This document shows positions 1 through 11,352 of a DNA stretch of 64,000 nt, one piece after another. Position numbers and translations under genes: made by a program. The first letter of the stretch is position 1; each line of letters starts with the position of its first letter. Under the pieces are notes generated by a model. It was not told the origin of the DNA, searched no databases, and was given only the letters and a program-made list of their open reading frames with translations. Source of the DNA: Selaginella moellendorffii (taxonomy: Eukaryota > Plantae > Lycopodiophyta); contig NW_003314394.1 of NCBI RefSeq assembly GCF_000143415.4, forward strand, positions 37,694-101,693, given 5' to 3'.

Positions 1-535
1 AGAACAAGAGTTGGCATAGAAATAGGGACAGTAGGAGCAAGCATAGGGATAGCAGTTGGTGTTGGAGCAGGCACAAGAGTAGGAGCGAGAATAGGGGGTT
101 ACTGGTTATAAGTTACAGGTTATAGGTTACAGGTCCCCAGTTACTGGTTATGAGTTACCAGTTACTAGCTACTCTAGCAATTACCCTATAGGTCAATGGT
201 TACATGTGCTTGAGGCCTACATCTCCTTTCATTTTGACCCTTATTTCTCTTCGTCACAGGCATTTTGGGCAACTTTGTGCAACTTGAGCACAAGTCTACA
301 ATCTTCTTGCTCCTATCAACCTAGTTGCCTTGACCAGGCATTTGCAGTGTTCAAGGTATTTGATGCCAATACAAATTAGACGTGCGACAAATTGCACCCT
401 TTCACCATACCTCAAGGCCTTAAGGTATGGAGTAAACTTTCTAACATCCAAAGGTAGCTTAGGTATGACACAGCACCTTCTTGAGCCAAGTCCTCTTTAT
501 CCTCGGAAGATTCCAGTGACTTAGATCTACGAGCT

Positions 536-3500
536 ATGGCACAGCCACCTTTAGCTCGACCTCAGCTCCATGTTTTGCAGAAGGGGAGTGATCTCCCGAC
601 CTTCTTGGGTGGTGGAACAGTCTCTCCAACATTGCATATCAGTCGCTTTGATTACTACTGCACCACAAACATGATCGTTGATGATGATCGTATGTGCCGC
701 GACTTCTTGCAGTTTCTCGAATTTAAAGCAGCAACTTGGGCAGATTCTCTCCTCCCAGAGGACCGAGCAGACTTCTAGACACTACTTGCTTCATTCAGAG
801 AACGTTTCGTTGAAGAAAACCCACAAATTGGCTACTTGTCAACCTCTTTTTGTTCCGGCAGGGTGCTTAAGAGTCTATTCCTAACTATATCACCCGGTTT
901 CGAGCATATTGGAAGCAATGTTGGGATCACAGAGTGGTCCAAGATGAGCAACAGGGGATCATGGCATTCACAGTGGGTCTGCATGGGAACTTGCAGTGGA
1001 AACTTCTTAAGAAGACATTCAGGTCTTGTCGCGAAGCATTTTCATTTGCCATGAAGCTGGAAAGAGAGCTTCTTGTCGACTTGGGGATTGCTAGAGTTGA
1101 TTCTGACCAAGCTATCACCCCGTCAGAGTCACCTTGTGCAACTGTTCACTCGTCCACACCAAAGCCTGTCGCTTTTGAGCATACACCTCTGGCTATTGAG
1201 AGCTTTGCCAACGAGATGCAGCAGCTGAAGGAGATCATTCTTCAGCAACAATCACACCATGACAAACTGCTCCAGGAGCTGGTGGAGTCCAAGAAAGAGG
1301 CTGCTACAGCCCGGGAATGCAGATTTAAGTCTCGTTTGTGCACTCACTACGAGATAAACACGCACAACACGCAGTGCTGCTTCAAACTTCACCTAGAGCT
1401 TCAGCCTCCACCTTCTCAACGTGTCCAACAATATCCCTTTACTGATAATTCCACATCGTCTCGGGGTCCAGAGATATATCAGGAGCAGTTGGAGCGACAA
1501 GCAATTGAGGCAGCTCCTTCGTCAAGTAAAGGCAAGGCACTAGCCTCATCAATCAACACGATTTTGGTAGCCGAGGAACTTTATAGGCAACAGTAGCAAA
1601 CCGCAGCCACTCAAGCCCAAGTGAAGAAGAACGCAGCTGCTCAGCCCAGCATCGATCCCCCAGCATCGATTGAGAGTGAATCTCTATCGGCACCTAATCC
1701 AGTGACACAGAGGGTGGCTTGTAAGCTCCCCTTCAAGTCACTACTCTCTTCTCCTTCTGAGATCTCACCAACAACTATTCCCGTTCTGGAGCCAGTTCTT
1801 CAACAGCTGGTTGACACTCCCGTCACCTTTTTGCTCCGAGACATGTTGTGTCTTGTCCCGGGATTCGGCCAGTGTTTAGAGGAGTTTGCATGGTCAAGCA
1901 CACTAGAGAGCACTCTCAAGAGAACTCCTCAATAGGTGCACATTGTCGACATGACAAAATATGGTGGAGATCTTGGTCCATTCTTAGTCCCGTTGCAGAT
2001 TGGTACTTCCTCTTGTAGGATGGATGCTTTGGTTGACTCCTGTTCTGGAAGCAACATTATCTCTTTCAAAGCTGCCCTTTCAGCATAGCTACAGATCACT
2101 GAGAGCTCCTCCATCGTGCTCAAAACCTTCACCAACCACACCATTCCTCCAGTAGGCATTTGCTGTGGTGTCAAGGTCTTAGTGCAGGGTGTTATTTCTG
2201 AGGTAGATTTCCTCATGGTTGACTACCAACGTCTTGGAACGTCCTCTTTGAAGGACTTTATCATCCTTGGCCACTCATAGCAAGTCACAACCCATTGCAC
2301 CATTGATAGTGCACAAGGCAAGATGGAAATTAGCAATGGAACCCATAGCACCACCTTTCTCAACAACCACGGCAGAGCTCTTTGTCAGCAAGCCTAGTAG
2401 GCTCAGACTAAGATGGCCTCCACACCACACTTCCCTCTTGAGTTCACATACATTTTTCCTGAGTTGGTGGTGGAGTCGACCATCTATATGATAGATGCTT
2501 TCTCATGCAATGCGATTGACATGGTTGGAAGTGAGTTAGATAGCTTGAGACATCTCTCAGCTTCACTCCCTTTATTTGAGAGTAAGGCCGAGCCTCTAGA
2601 CACGCCCTCTTTATTTGATGGCGGGGCTTATAGAGTACAGGCCCCCATATCCAACTTTTCGAAGTGTTTCTCGATAGAGGAAGGGTTTCTCAATTTGTTT
2701 CTTGCATGGGACCAACTCTCTCTTATGGAGCTTGATGACATAGTCACTCCAGACTAGGTCCATCTTTCACAGGACACAGCTGAACACAATCCTCCTCAGC
2801 AACTATCTGAGGTGTCACACAGCCCGCATCTTCCTACTAAAATTGCGGTAGCTAATGACTCCAAGCGTATTTTGTCATGCTGTTTCTTGGAGACAGAGGA
2901 TGACATCCAGACACAAAATTGGCAGAAAGAATCAAGCCAATTGGACATGTTGCATGTGAGTTATGGCTCTTTGAGTTCAGAATTTCCTACCATGGAGCCC
3001 CCGGTACTCCAACCACCAGAACGACAACTTCCTTTCAAAATTTACATCACGATGGGCACAGATGCTTTTAGATTATGCCTTTTCCAATGTTCATAGCCTA
3101 GCAAGCCACCACATGCAACATATTATGCCTCACATTCATTCAAGGAGACTGGAAAGAAGTATGTGGATGCAGAAAAAGAAGCGGTGGCTGTTGTTTATTC
3201 CTTGGAGCGATTTCATCACTTTCTCGCTGGAGCCTATATCCATTTCCATGTCTGTTTTACTGTGCTAACCTTTCTTTTACAGCAGCTAGTTCACAATCCT
3301 TGTACTTTATCTTGGATTGTGACCATCCAAGAGTTCCAGCCAACTTTTCACATGCAACATCTTCTCCAATGGCTGTAGATGAAGCACGTGAAGAGCAGCA
3401 GCTATTATCCTGAGTGCAATGGCCAGGTGGAGTCTAGCAACAAGATATTGAAGACAGTCATCTCAAAGCTTGTGGAGGATCACCCGAGGCGTTGGCACGA

Positions 3501-3910
3501 ACACTTGGTTACGGCATTGTGGGCTTTTCGGACGTCCTTCAAGACATCCATCTCCATGACCCCATTCTCCCTTGTCTATGGGACAGAGGCCATGCTTCCA
3601 GTGGAGATCCAAGTGCCATTACTCTCACTCTCACTTTGATACGCAGCAGTGATGCAGCTTAGCGATGAGGACAAACTTTATGCACGTGACTTGGAGGTTC
3701 TTGCCTTGGAAGAACAGCAACGATCCATGACTAAACATCTCCTTCAAGGCAAGTAGAAGATCAAGTCCATCATTGATCACCAGCAGCCTACTGAACCATT
3801 TGAGGATGGCAATCTTGTTCTACTCAAGGAATTTACGCCACCTTTGAAGTTCTCCCCTCGCTGGACCGGCCCCTACTCTATCCAGCAACACATCGGGGGC
3901 GGAGCATATG
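536..3910 (+). mobile_element. Degenerate Ty3/gypsy internal region (gag, protease, partial RNase H, integrase C-terminal half; RT apparently deleted)
   Basis: Broken gag-like frames 536-1600; aspartic protease motif DALVDSCSGSNII near 2020-2060; RNase H-like EKEAVAVVYSLERFHHFL (3163-3378); integrase YYPECNGQVESSNK...ALWAFRTSFKTSISMTPFSLVYGTEA (3379-3639) and KFSPRWTGPY (~3845). Many stops and frameshifts. Confidence 0.85.
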
Positions 3911-4834
3911 AGGTGGTGGGAGTGGTGGGGGAGAGTAGGGGGGAGGGGGGTGTTGTAGTTGCGGGAGGGCATGAGGAGGGGAGAGGGCAGACCTTGACAT
4001 TGGTGCAGGATGATGGGTGCTTGCTTTCACTCCTTTTCATACTCCTGTGCTGGCGCTGGTGAGGTGAGCTGTGGACTTGTCTTTTTTTGGCATGGGATGG
4101 AATTTTTATCGTCGGAGGCTTGTGGATGGTGACCGGGGTACGTGGCACTCCCCTGGGGGTGGCATGTGTTAGCGTGGGGTGTGTGGCCCACAAATGTGAC
4201 TGGCAATTAGATTTTGCTGATGTCCTTGATCCTTGGCTATTGTGCACAGGAATGTCTCGATTCTAAGGGGACGTTGTTAATGATTGGCTACTCAAGGGAG
4301 GCGCATAGTGACTCTCGAGGTACTTAAAATTGTGGGGGCTTAAATGCTCCAATCTATCCTTTGAGCATGATGGTGCCACCATTTGTCTAAGCCGTCCAAT
4401 GGTGTGAGAAGTGATCGTGGCCATCTGCAAGATTTTGGTATGATCGCTCCCTTGTGTCGGATCTTGGGCTGTAAAGGCATGGATCTGGGCTGACTGTGAG
4501 TTGAAATTGCGGGCTGTAGCGCTTACGCGTGGTCCGATTAGTGATCCAACCCGTCTGATGTGAGTGCAAGGCGCCGGTACAGTACTTCTGGCTTGGGCAT
4601 GCTCTCCAGCTCTTGTTGAGTGTTGGATGTCTTGGGCACCAATCCTGGCTGTTCCCGGGAGAAGGTTTATATAGATCACAACACTCTAAGGAAAACCTTA
4701 TATTATTCCCAAGACCCCAAAGTTGTCCCCTTATTTATCCTCTTTCTATCCACATGTAAGGAATCAACTCCCCAAGGTGTTGTAAGCTAAAGGATCCCTG
4801 AAAGCACAACCAAAATGATAAAGATTTCATTAAA

Positions 4835-5098
4835 TGAGATTGAGTCCGAAATCGAGTCCGAGACCAAGTTCGAGACCAAGTTTGAGATCGAGTTCAAGAT
4901 CAACTTTGAGACCAAGTTCGAGACCGAGTCCAAGACTGAGTTCGAGACTAAGTCCGAGATTTGAGATTGGGTCTAAGACTATCGAGTCTGAGACAGAGTC
5001 CGAGGTCGGGTCCGAGATCGAGTTTGAAACCGAGTTCAAGACTGAGTCCGAGGTTGAGTTTGAGATTGAGTCTGAAAGTGAGTCTGAGGCCGAGTCCA
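4835..5098. repeat. Degenerate 6/12-bp tandem repeat (GAGTCC/GAGACC/GAGTTC)n
   Basis: Directly visible reiteration, e.g. gagtccgagaccaagttcgagaccaagtttgagatcgagttc; explains the low-complexity ORFs on both strands. Confidence 0.85.
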
Positions 5099-5603
5099 AA
5101 TACTAACACAAGTCATGGGGTGAAAGCCCAAAGCGTGTGTCTCGAAGGGGGGAAGGCGGGGGGGGGATGGGGTTGAAGGGGTTCCAAAAATATAGTAGGG
5201 ATAGTGAGGTCTAGGAATCAATCTTGAAGGAACTCTTCAATGGTGCTTCCAAACTGACTTGAGGTTGAGGCTGGGGCTTAAGGGCCTTGGGTGGGAGTGA
5301 GCATGGACTCGGGTGGTGCTAAAAGGGCCACCCAAAAAAGTGCTCAAGAGCATGGAAGGGAAACTAACTATAGTGCTCCCGACTCATGTGGAGTGGTGCC
5401 CCATTTGAGTACTTTTGCAACTCATTGGTCCTCACCCTTCCTAAGGGCTTGGGCCTTTCCTTTGTTTGATTGCATTAATATACAAGGAGTAGAGCCTCAT
5501 GAGGCCTAAAAATCACCAAGGCATAAGTGCACTAAGGCATAGGTGTGGGGGAGGTAAAGGCATACCGAGACTGGTGAAGCCAGTGTTGAGGGAAAATCTT
5601 GGA

Positions 5604-6078
5604 GACAGGTGGGATGAACCTCAGCAAATCATAGTAGCAAGGCTACTTTGCCACTTACAATACCCTGTCCCTTATTTAAGTCGTCTGCAAAGAATTTATC
5701 TCTGAAGCCGTTCAGTTTGTATTTACCGGTCCAACACAAGCGGCAAGGTCAACCGCAAGCACATGCACAGGTCCTCGGGGGTGCACGTGCCACCCCTTTC
5801 CAAGATCAAGTAACAACGCGTGAGGTAGATAGTGCCACATCTAGCACAGATTCTGACTTAGAGGTGTTCAGTCATAATCCCACGCATGGTAGCTTTGTGC
5901 CACTGGCTTTTCAACCAAGCGCAATGACCAATTGTGTGAATCAACGGTTCCTCTTGTATTAAGTTGAATTATTATTGTGACACAAGGCATCAGTAGGGTA
6001 AAACTAAACTCATGACAGTCTAAACCCAGCTCAAGTTCCCTATTGGTGGGTGAACAATCCAACACTTGGTGAATTCTA

Positions 6079-6121
<43 letters not shown>

Positions 6122-6144
6122 AACATTGCTATGAACGCTTGGCT

Positions 6145-6176
<32 letters not shown>

Positions 6177-6549
6177 TTGACACCTCTAGCTTCAAACCCA
6201 GAAATACTAAAGGATCAATAGGCCATGTTTTCACAGTTTGTATCCGTACTAAAGATCAAAATCAAATGAGCTTTTACCCTTCTATTCCACACGAGATTTC
6301 TATTCTCATTGAGCTCATCTTAGAACACCTACATTATCTTTTAACAGATGTACCACCCCAGCCACTTGACAATGTCATCCGCCTAGATCAGCCAACAAGT
6401 TGCCCGCCTTAAAACTAGAAGAAGGGGCAAAGCCCTGTCTCCACCTCACAGAGTAAGTAAAATAACATTAAAAGTAGTGGTATTTCACTTGTGCTGAAAC
6501 TCCCACTTATGCTACAGCTCTCAAGTCATTTCACAAAGTCAAACTAGAG
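5604..6549 (-). pseudogene. 25S/28S rRNA gene fragment, 3' portion (decayed rDNA copy)
   Basis: Reverse complement matches conserved LSU motifs: gccacttacaatacc, ggaagagccgacatcgaaggatcaaaaagc, ctgccacaagccagttatccctgtggtaact, taaaagtagtggtatttca. The sarcin-ricin loop near 5945-5960 reads AATACAAGAGGAACCG instead of AGTACGAGAGGAACCG, indicating transition decay. Confidence 0.95.
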
Positions 6550-7444
6550 GGACTAGAGGAGAGAATGAAAACCCTAGCAGCACAGTGCCTTCTCTCTGAG
6601 CACCCACTTCTCTCATGCCCACGGCACCCAAGCACGCTCCTATCCTCGGCACCATGGATTTGCAGTTGAGCGCCTCGCTGTTCGGTGGGTTCTGGGCACA
6701 TCCGGTACACGCTTGGCGATCTCATTGGTGGAAGTGCCAGGATCCCGGTTCTTCCTAGCTCCCCCCCTGTCCGACGCAGTCACCACAAGCATGCTCTTGA
6801 TCACTCTCTCCTTCGCCACTTTCATTGGATCTACACTGGGTCCCCCTGATTCAAGCTTGCTCCACCCAACAATTGGTCCATGTGGATCCATTTGGGTAGT
6901 GAAGGGATCGTCTCAGGACCGATAGGATTGATGGCCGCACAGCCCAAAATCCTCTTCGCACACCTGCAAGGTTAAAAGAGGACTTCGGTGGGGAACCAGC
7001 GAGAGTTCCCCTCTCCTCCCCCCACACATCACAAAAAAAGAAGAAAACGCACCAAGCTGGATCAAGGGAAGGATGCTCCAAGCACTAAAAGGGGATAGAA
7101 GCACAAGAGAAGCAAATTGAGCATGTACTGCCACTTACCCTCTACCTCTTGAACATGAGCACCCTCAACAAGCACATCCAAAGGAGCTGGAGCAAAGAAC
7201 ATCCCCAAGCCACGAACATGCTTGGTTTCTTCCTTGCGCACCTCTTCATTTCAGCACCATGGTTGTGAACACGAAGTGTGGATGGATAAGCAACTCCCCC
7301 ATCTCCTCACGCAGCAGAACGCAACGATATGGCCTTCGATCCAACATCCTATTGCCAATACGCTTCTCACCGAGCCATGAATCCAAGCGACAGAAGATCC
7401 CAGGGGGAGAACTCCATGCTGATCTAGCCACCCAAAAATCAGCT

Positions 7445-9045
7445 AACTTAGTAAATTGGCTGATGTGGTTGTGGTAAACAACTATTGTTACAATCACAAT
7501 ATAGATAAAGACTCCAAGACAATAAAGGAGTCTCAAGATTATCCTCATATAGTTGAGGATGGTGCTAATGAATTTGATATTAGAGTTAACAACTGTGGGA
7601 AGTCAAATATAGATGAGGACATATATTCTTGAAATAGTAGCTTGGGCTACCTTTAATAAAAGTTTGAATAACTCAAGGAATTGGGGGGTGTATTTAAAGA
7701 ATGAATTGGTGTTCTCATCATATGAAAAGATAGTTTTAAGAGGTGAAAATAGCCCACATAGAACAAAGGATAATCAAGTGTCAGAGTAATATTTGTAAAG
7801 GTGGTCTTTGTGAATATGATACAAATACAAGAAGTTGTATTCAAGTGTGATGGCATCTCAAAAAGTAGCCAAGAGGATAAAACTTTATATAATGATGGAT
7901 TAGTGAAATCCAAAAGCTAGATGTAGAGTCAAGGGATGGTCCCAAAGGCTTGGAAGGATTTTATTTGGACAAAAGTGTGTTGTACCTTACAAAGGACTAG
8001 GAAGAACATGAAATTTAAGTATGAGAACAATTGGTATTTTATTGATGGCAAAATGTGCCATACTAAAGTTGTGGAAAGGCATTCATGGAAGAAAACAACT
8101 TTGGTGAGGAGTTATATATGAACATTATTTTGAGTGTTAATCGATAATTTACCATTGTTTTGGAAAAAACTTAGATACAAGTGGGAAGTGTCGTAAAGGT
8201 AAGCTTATAAAGCTAATGGTGTGAAAACACCAAATGTTCCAAGGTGTGATGTTTTGAGGTTGAGTTAGTTGGTTCATAAGAACCCCTTGCCAAATGAATC
8301 TCTATGGAAATGGGATGGGCATAGCCTAAGCTAGAAGGCATACAATTTGAGTGCATTACCCAAATAATGATGGAGGTGTGAAAGTATCAGTAATGAGTTG
8401 TACGACTTGATGATTATGAAGCAACTAAGCAAATGGTATGATATAATTAATTGGATTGGTAAAAGTTAACTTCCAGAGACTTTTTATTGGGATAAAGAGG
8501 TTAAATATATCCCTTAGGGGATAAATTATTTATGTAGTGATGTAGTGAATCAATGTGAAATGCTCATTGTCAAAGAAGGTCATCATTAGGAAGTGGTGTT
8601 TAGTATCATGAGGGCATTAGATAAGGCCCAAGGAATTAAGTCTTTAGCAAAAAAAATGGATAGGAGGTGTTATCTAACGTCTAAAGTTGTAAAGATAGGA
8701 TAAGTCTGTTTATTCGAATTAGATAAAGCTAAAAAGATTTTTGGCAAAGCTAGTGACAGGCATACAAAGCCCATGAGTAACAATGTTAACTCTGAGCTTT
8801 ATCCAATTCTAATAGATAGACTTATTAGACTTGGCCAAGTGAGGAATCTCCATACAAACGGCAATGCAACTTGAGCACGAAATCCAAGGGATGGGCCATA
8901 GTCTAATGGGCTCTGAAAGTAAGAAAAAGAGTCATAAAAGTAAAGTGAAAGAAAGGAAGAAAAAGAAGAGAAGAGGAATGCCTCACCGGATGAAGCGTTT
9001 AAGGTGAGAGTGGTTGTGAGCGTGTGGGAGCTCACATCCCTTAGC
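7445..9045 (+). mobile_element. AT-rich, heavily decayed LTR-retrotransposon fragment nested in the LINE 5' region
   Basis: Abrupt drop in GC relative to the LINE flanks; pol-like WYFIDGKMCHTK; ends with purine tract plus GTGGTTGTGAG (~9010-9020), the same PPT/LTR-start-like string seen near 53874. Confidence 0.5.
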
Positions 9046-9224
9046 ATCAACTAGCACATCCTTGCTGACGCCCCCCATCCCCCCCCCCCCCCCCCACTCT
9101 CCAATTTTCCCCCCAGCAAAATCTTCTTTCACTACAGTGCCTCCCTCCCCCCGCACCACTGCCCCTAGTCATTTTTTGGACACAGGAATCTTGCTTGTCC
9201 TCTTCGGCGCGGAGTCAATGGAAC

Positions 9225-11352
9225 ATGCCAAGAACAAAGCACACATGTAAACGTGGGATCCTCATGGATGAGGAGGGACACTCGGCAGGGGACATGATCA
9301 CTCATGCCCCTCTCACGGCGCACCCGGCGTACCCAGACACAATCCAGAACCTGATAGAGGACGAGGAACCACCTGAAGCAGTACCCGCCCCACGCTTGGC
9401 AACAAAGAACATGGGGATGAAGCTATCCATCAAGCTCAAACAACATCCCTTGCCACCACCAAAGCCTGATGCCCCCCTCGTGGAGAAGGAACCAGACACG
9501 GCGCAACCAACAAGCAATCCAACTCCCTCCCCAGCATTTTTAGCGGACACTGTCAAAGTTCCAAGGAAAAAGCCAATGGCAAAGAACCTCAGAAAGCCAA
9601 AAGGAGGAACTGCCGCATCCTCATCCAGACAAGCCCCGGCCACGAGGTCCATAGCCACACCACCAATGGCCAAGGCCCCTCCCCTCCTCCTGGCACTGGA
9701 AGGCCTTAGCACCTATGGGGACGAAGGCGCTGACGAGACCCAAGGACAACCTTTGGACTCACACGCCCCCTCCCCAACGGGCAGCGACCTCATCCTGAAC
9801 ACGCAGCAGAGGGACCAAGTCATTCAGGCCCTGCTGGGAGAACAAAGCACCGACGGTGCACATCACGGCTCACAAACCCCAAAGGGATCCGCACAGCTCA
9901 CTGCTCTAGTGCCACGCCTCTCCATTGGCACCAGCTCCGGTCCAACTCCTCCAACCATCCCGGTAGTCAAGCTCTCCCCTGGCCGGGACAGTCCATGACC
10001 AACGGAGCACGTACCAGCCTCATTGCCACAGCTTGCAAAAATGAAGGAATTAGAGGTGCTGTATCTGGGCTGGATGCGCGTGGAGGAACTACATGTTGAA
10101 GTTGACAAGGCAGCTTCCAACCGCTCCAATGCAGCGCCCACCCTGTCAAATGTCACGGTCCCAATTCCTGGGGAGATCTAAGTCGAAGCCAATGAGATCC
10201 TCATGGAACTACAACAACGCCAAGTCCTCGAAGCCAAGACACTCGTCCTTGCGATCTTCAAAGGGGGCAAACCAGATCGGGAGCTAGCCATGCAGTGGTT
10301 GGACGAATGTTTCCAGGAGGTAGGAGTTGCTTTTCGGGGCCGCTAGGTCACCTTTCTCAGCCGCAACTGTTACAGCATCGAAGTCTACACCGAGACAAAT
10401 CACCACACACTCATCACTAGACAACGAATCACACGGCCAACATACAAGTGCTTCTTCTACCGCTACCCGCTGGAAGTCAAAAGGAGACGATCCACCGGCC
10501 GACAATGGAACTAGACCTCATCATCGATGACCCCTCCGAAACCAACAACACCCCGGTGTTTCTGGCCATGATGGTTGAAGGGTTTGCGCAGTACCTGGGA
10601 AAAAAGGCCACTCAGGAGGAATCAGGTGGACAACTCATCCATGTCCTATTCATAGGTAAAGCTCCCATCTCCTACAAGATTCAGATGCTTGGCAAGGTCT
10701 ACCTAGTCCACATTATGGACTCTCATACAACGCCCATGACCGCACCAGAGCCATCTGGACACGTTGAGAGCCGCAAGCGCAAATGAAGCCTGGCCACACG
10801 GACTGGAACCTCGAGGAGACCACCCGGCCGAGACTAAGTGCACCACACCAGGCGTTCACAGGGCTGGAGAGCTTCCCCAATTGCTCCTCAAGATGGGGAG
10901 CCGATCCACTAGCCCAACATTTGCCCTCTCCAACCCAACCTCAACTGGAACAGTTTCGGGAAGTGTACACCCAATCCCATGCCAAGGAATCTGCCTCCAG
11001 GTCCTCTCAGCGCCTACAGGTCCGTCTCTAGATGCATGTCAGCACCTCACGACCGAGGAGGTACCTGCCGATGTGGCATGGCTCGCCCATAGGGTACACT
11101 TTGCCATCTTTCCATATGGCACGGAATCAGCTCCCGGACCAGGGCCTTCAAGCCTTTTTTCAGGCCTCTGAAATCATCAACGACATCCAGTACCGGGTGA
11201 AAGTGGACAAATGCACCATAGTGGGCAGCAACATGCACCTGTATGCAGCCCTCCTCACCAAAAGTGGCATCATCCCTGTGAGAAGAAGGAGAGATCGCGA
11301 ATTCTCGTGGGTGGAATGCAATCGAATCTCCATCAACAACGATAATGACTGA
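9225..11352 (+). pseudogene. LINE ORF1 (disrupted)
   Basis: ATG at 9225 (MPRTKHT), Pro/Lys-rich N-terminus, predicted helical segment, then an RRM/DUF4283-like block KTLVLAIFKGGKPDRELAMQWLDECF...FLSRNCYSIEVY (~10236-10390) and PVFLAMMVEGFAQYLGK. Stop TGA at 11350-11352 overlaps the ORF2 5' codons. Confidence 0.7.

Noticed and set aside
4830-5176. Ser/Arg/Glu-rich ORFs on both strands
   Set aside because: Translations of a 6/12-bp tandem repeat.
5648-6412. ORFs of 104 and 120 aa
   Set aside because: Spurious frames antisense to the LSU rRNA fragment.
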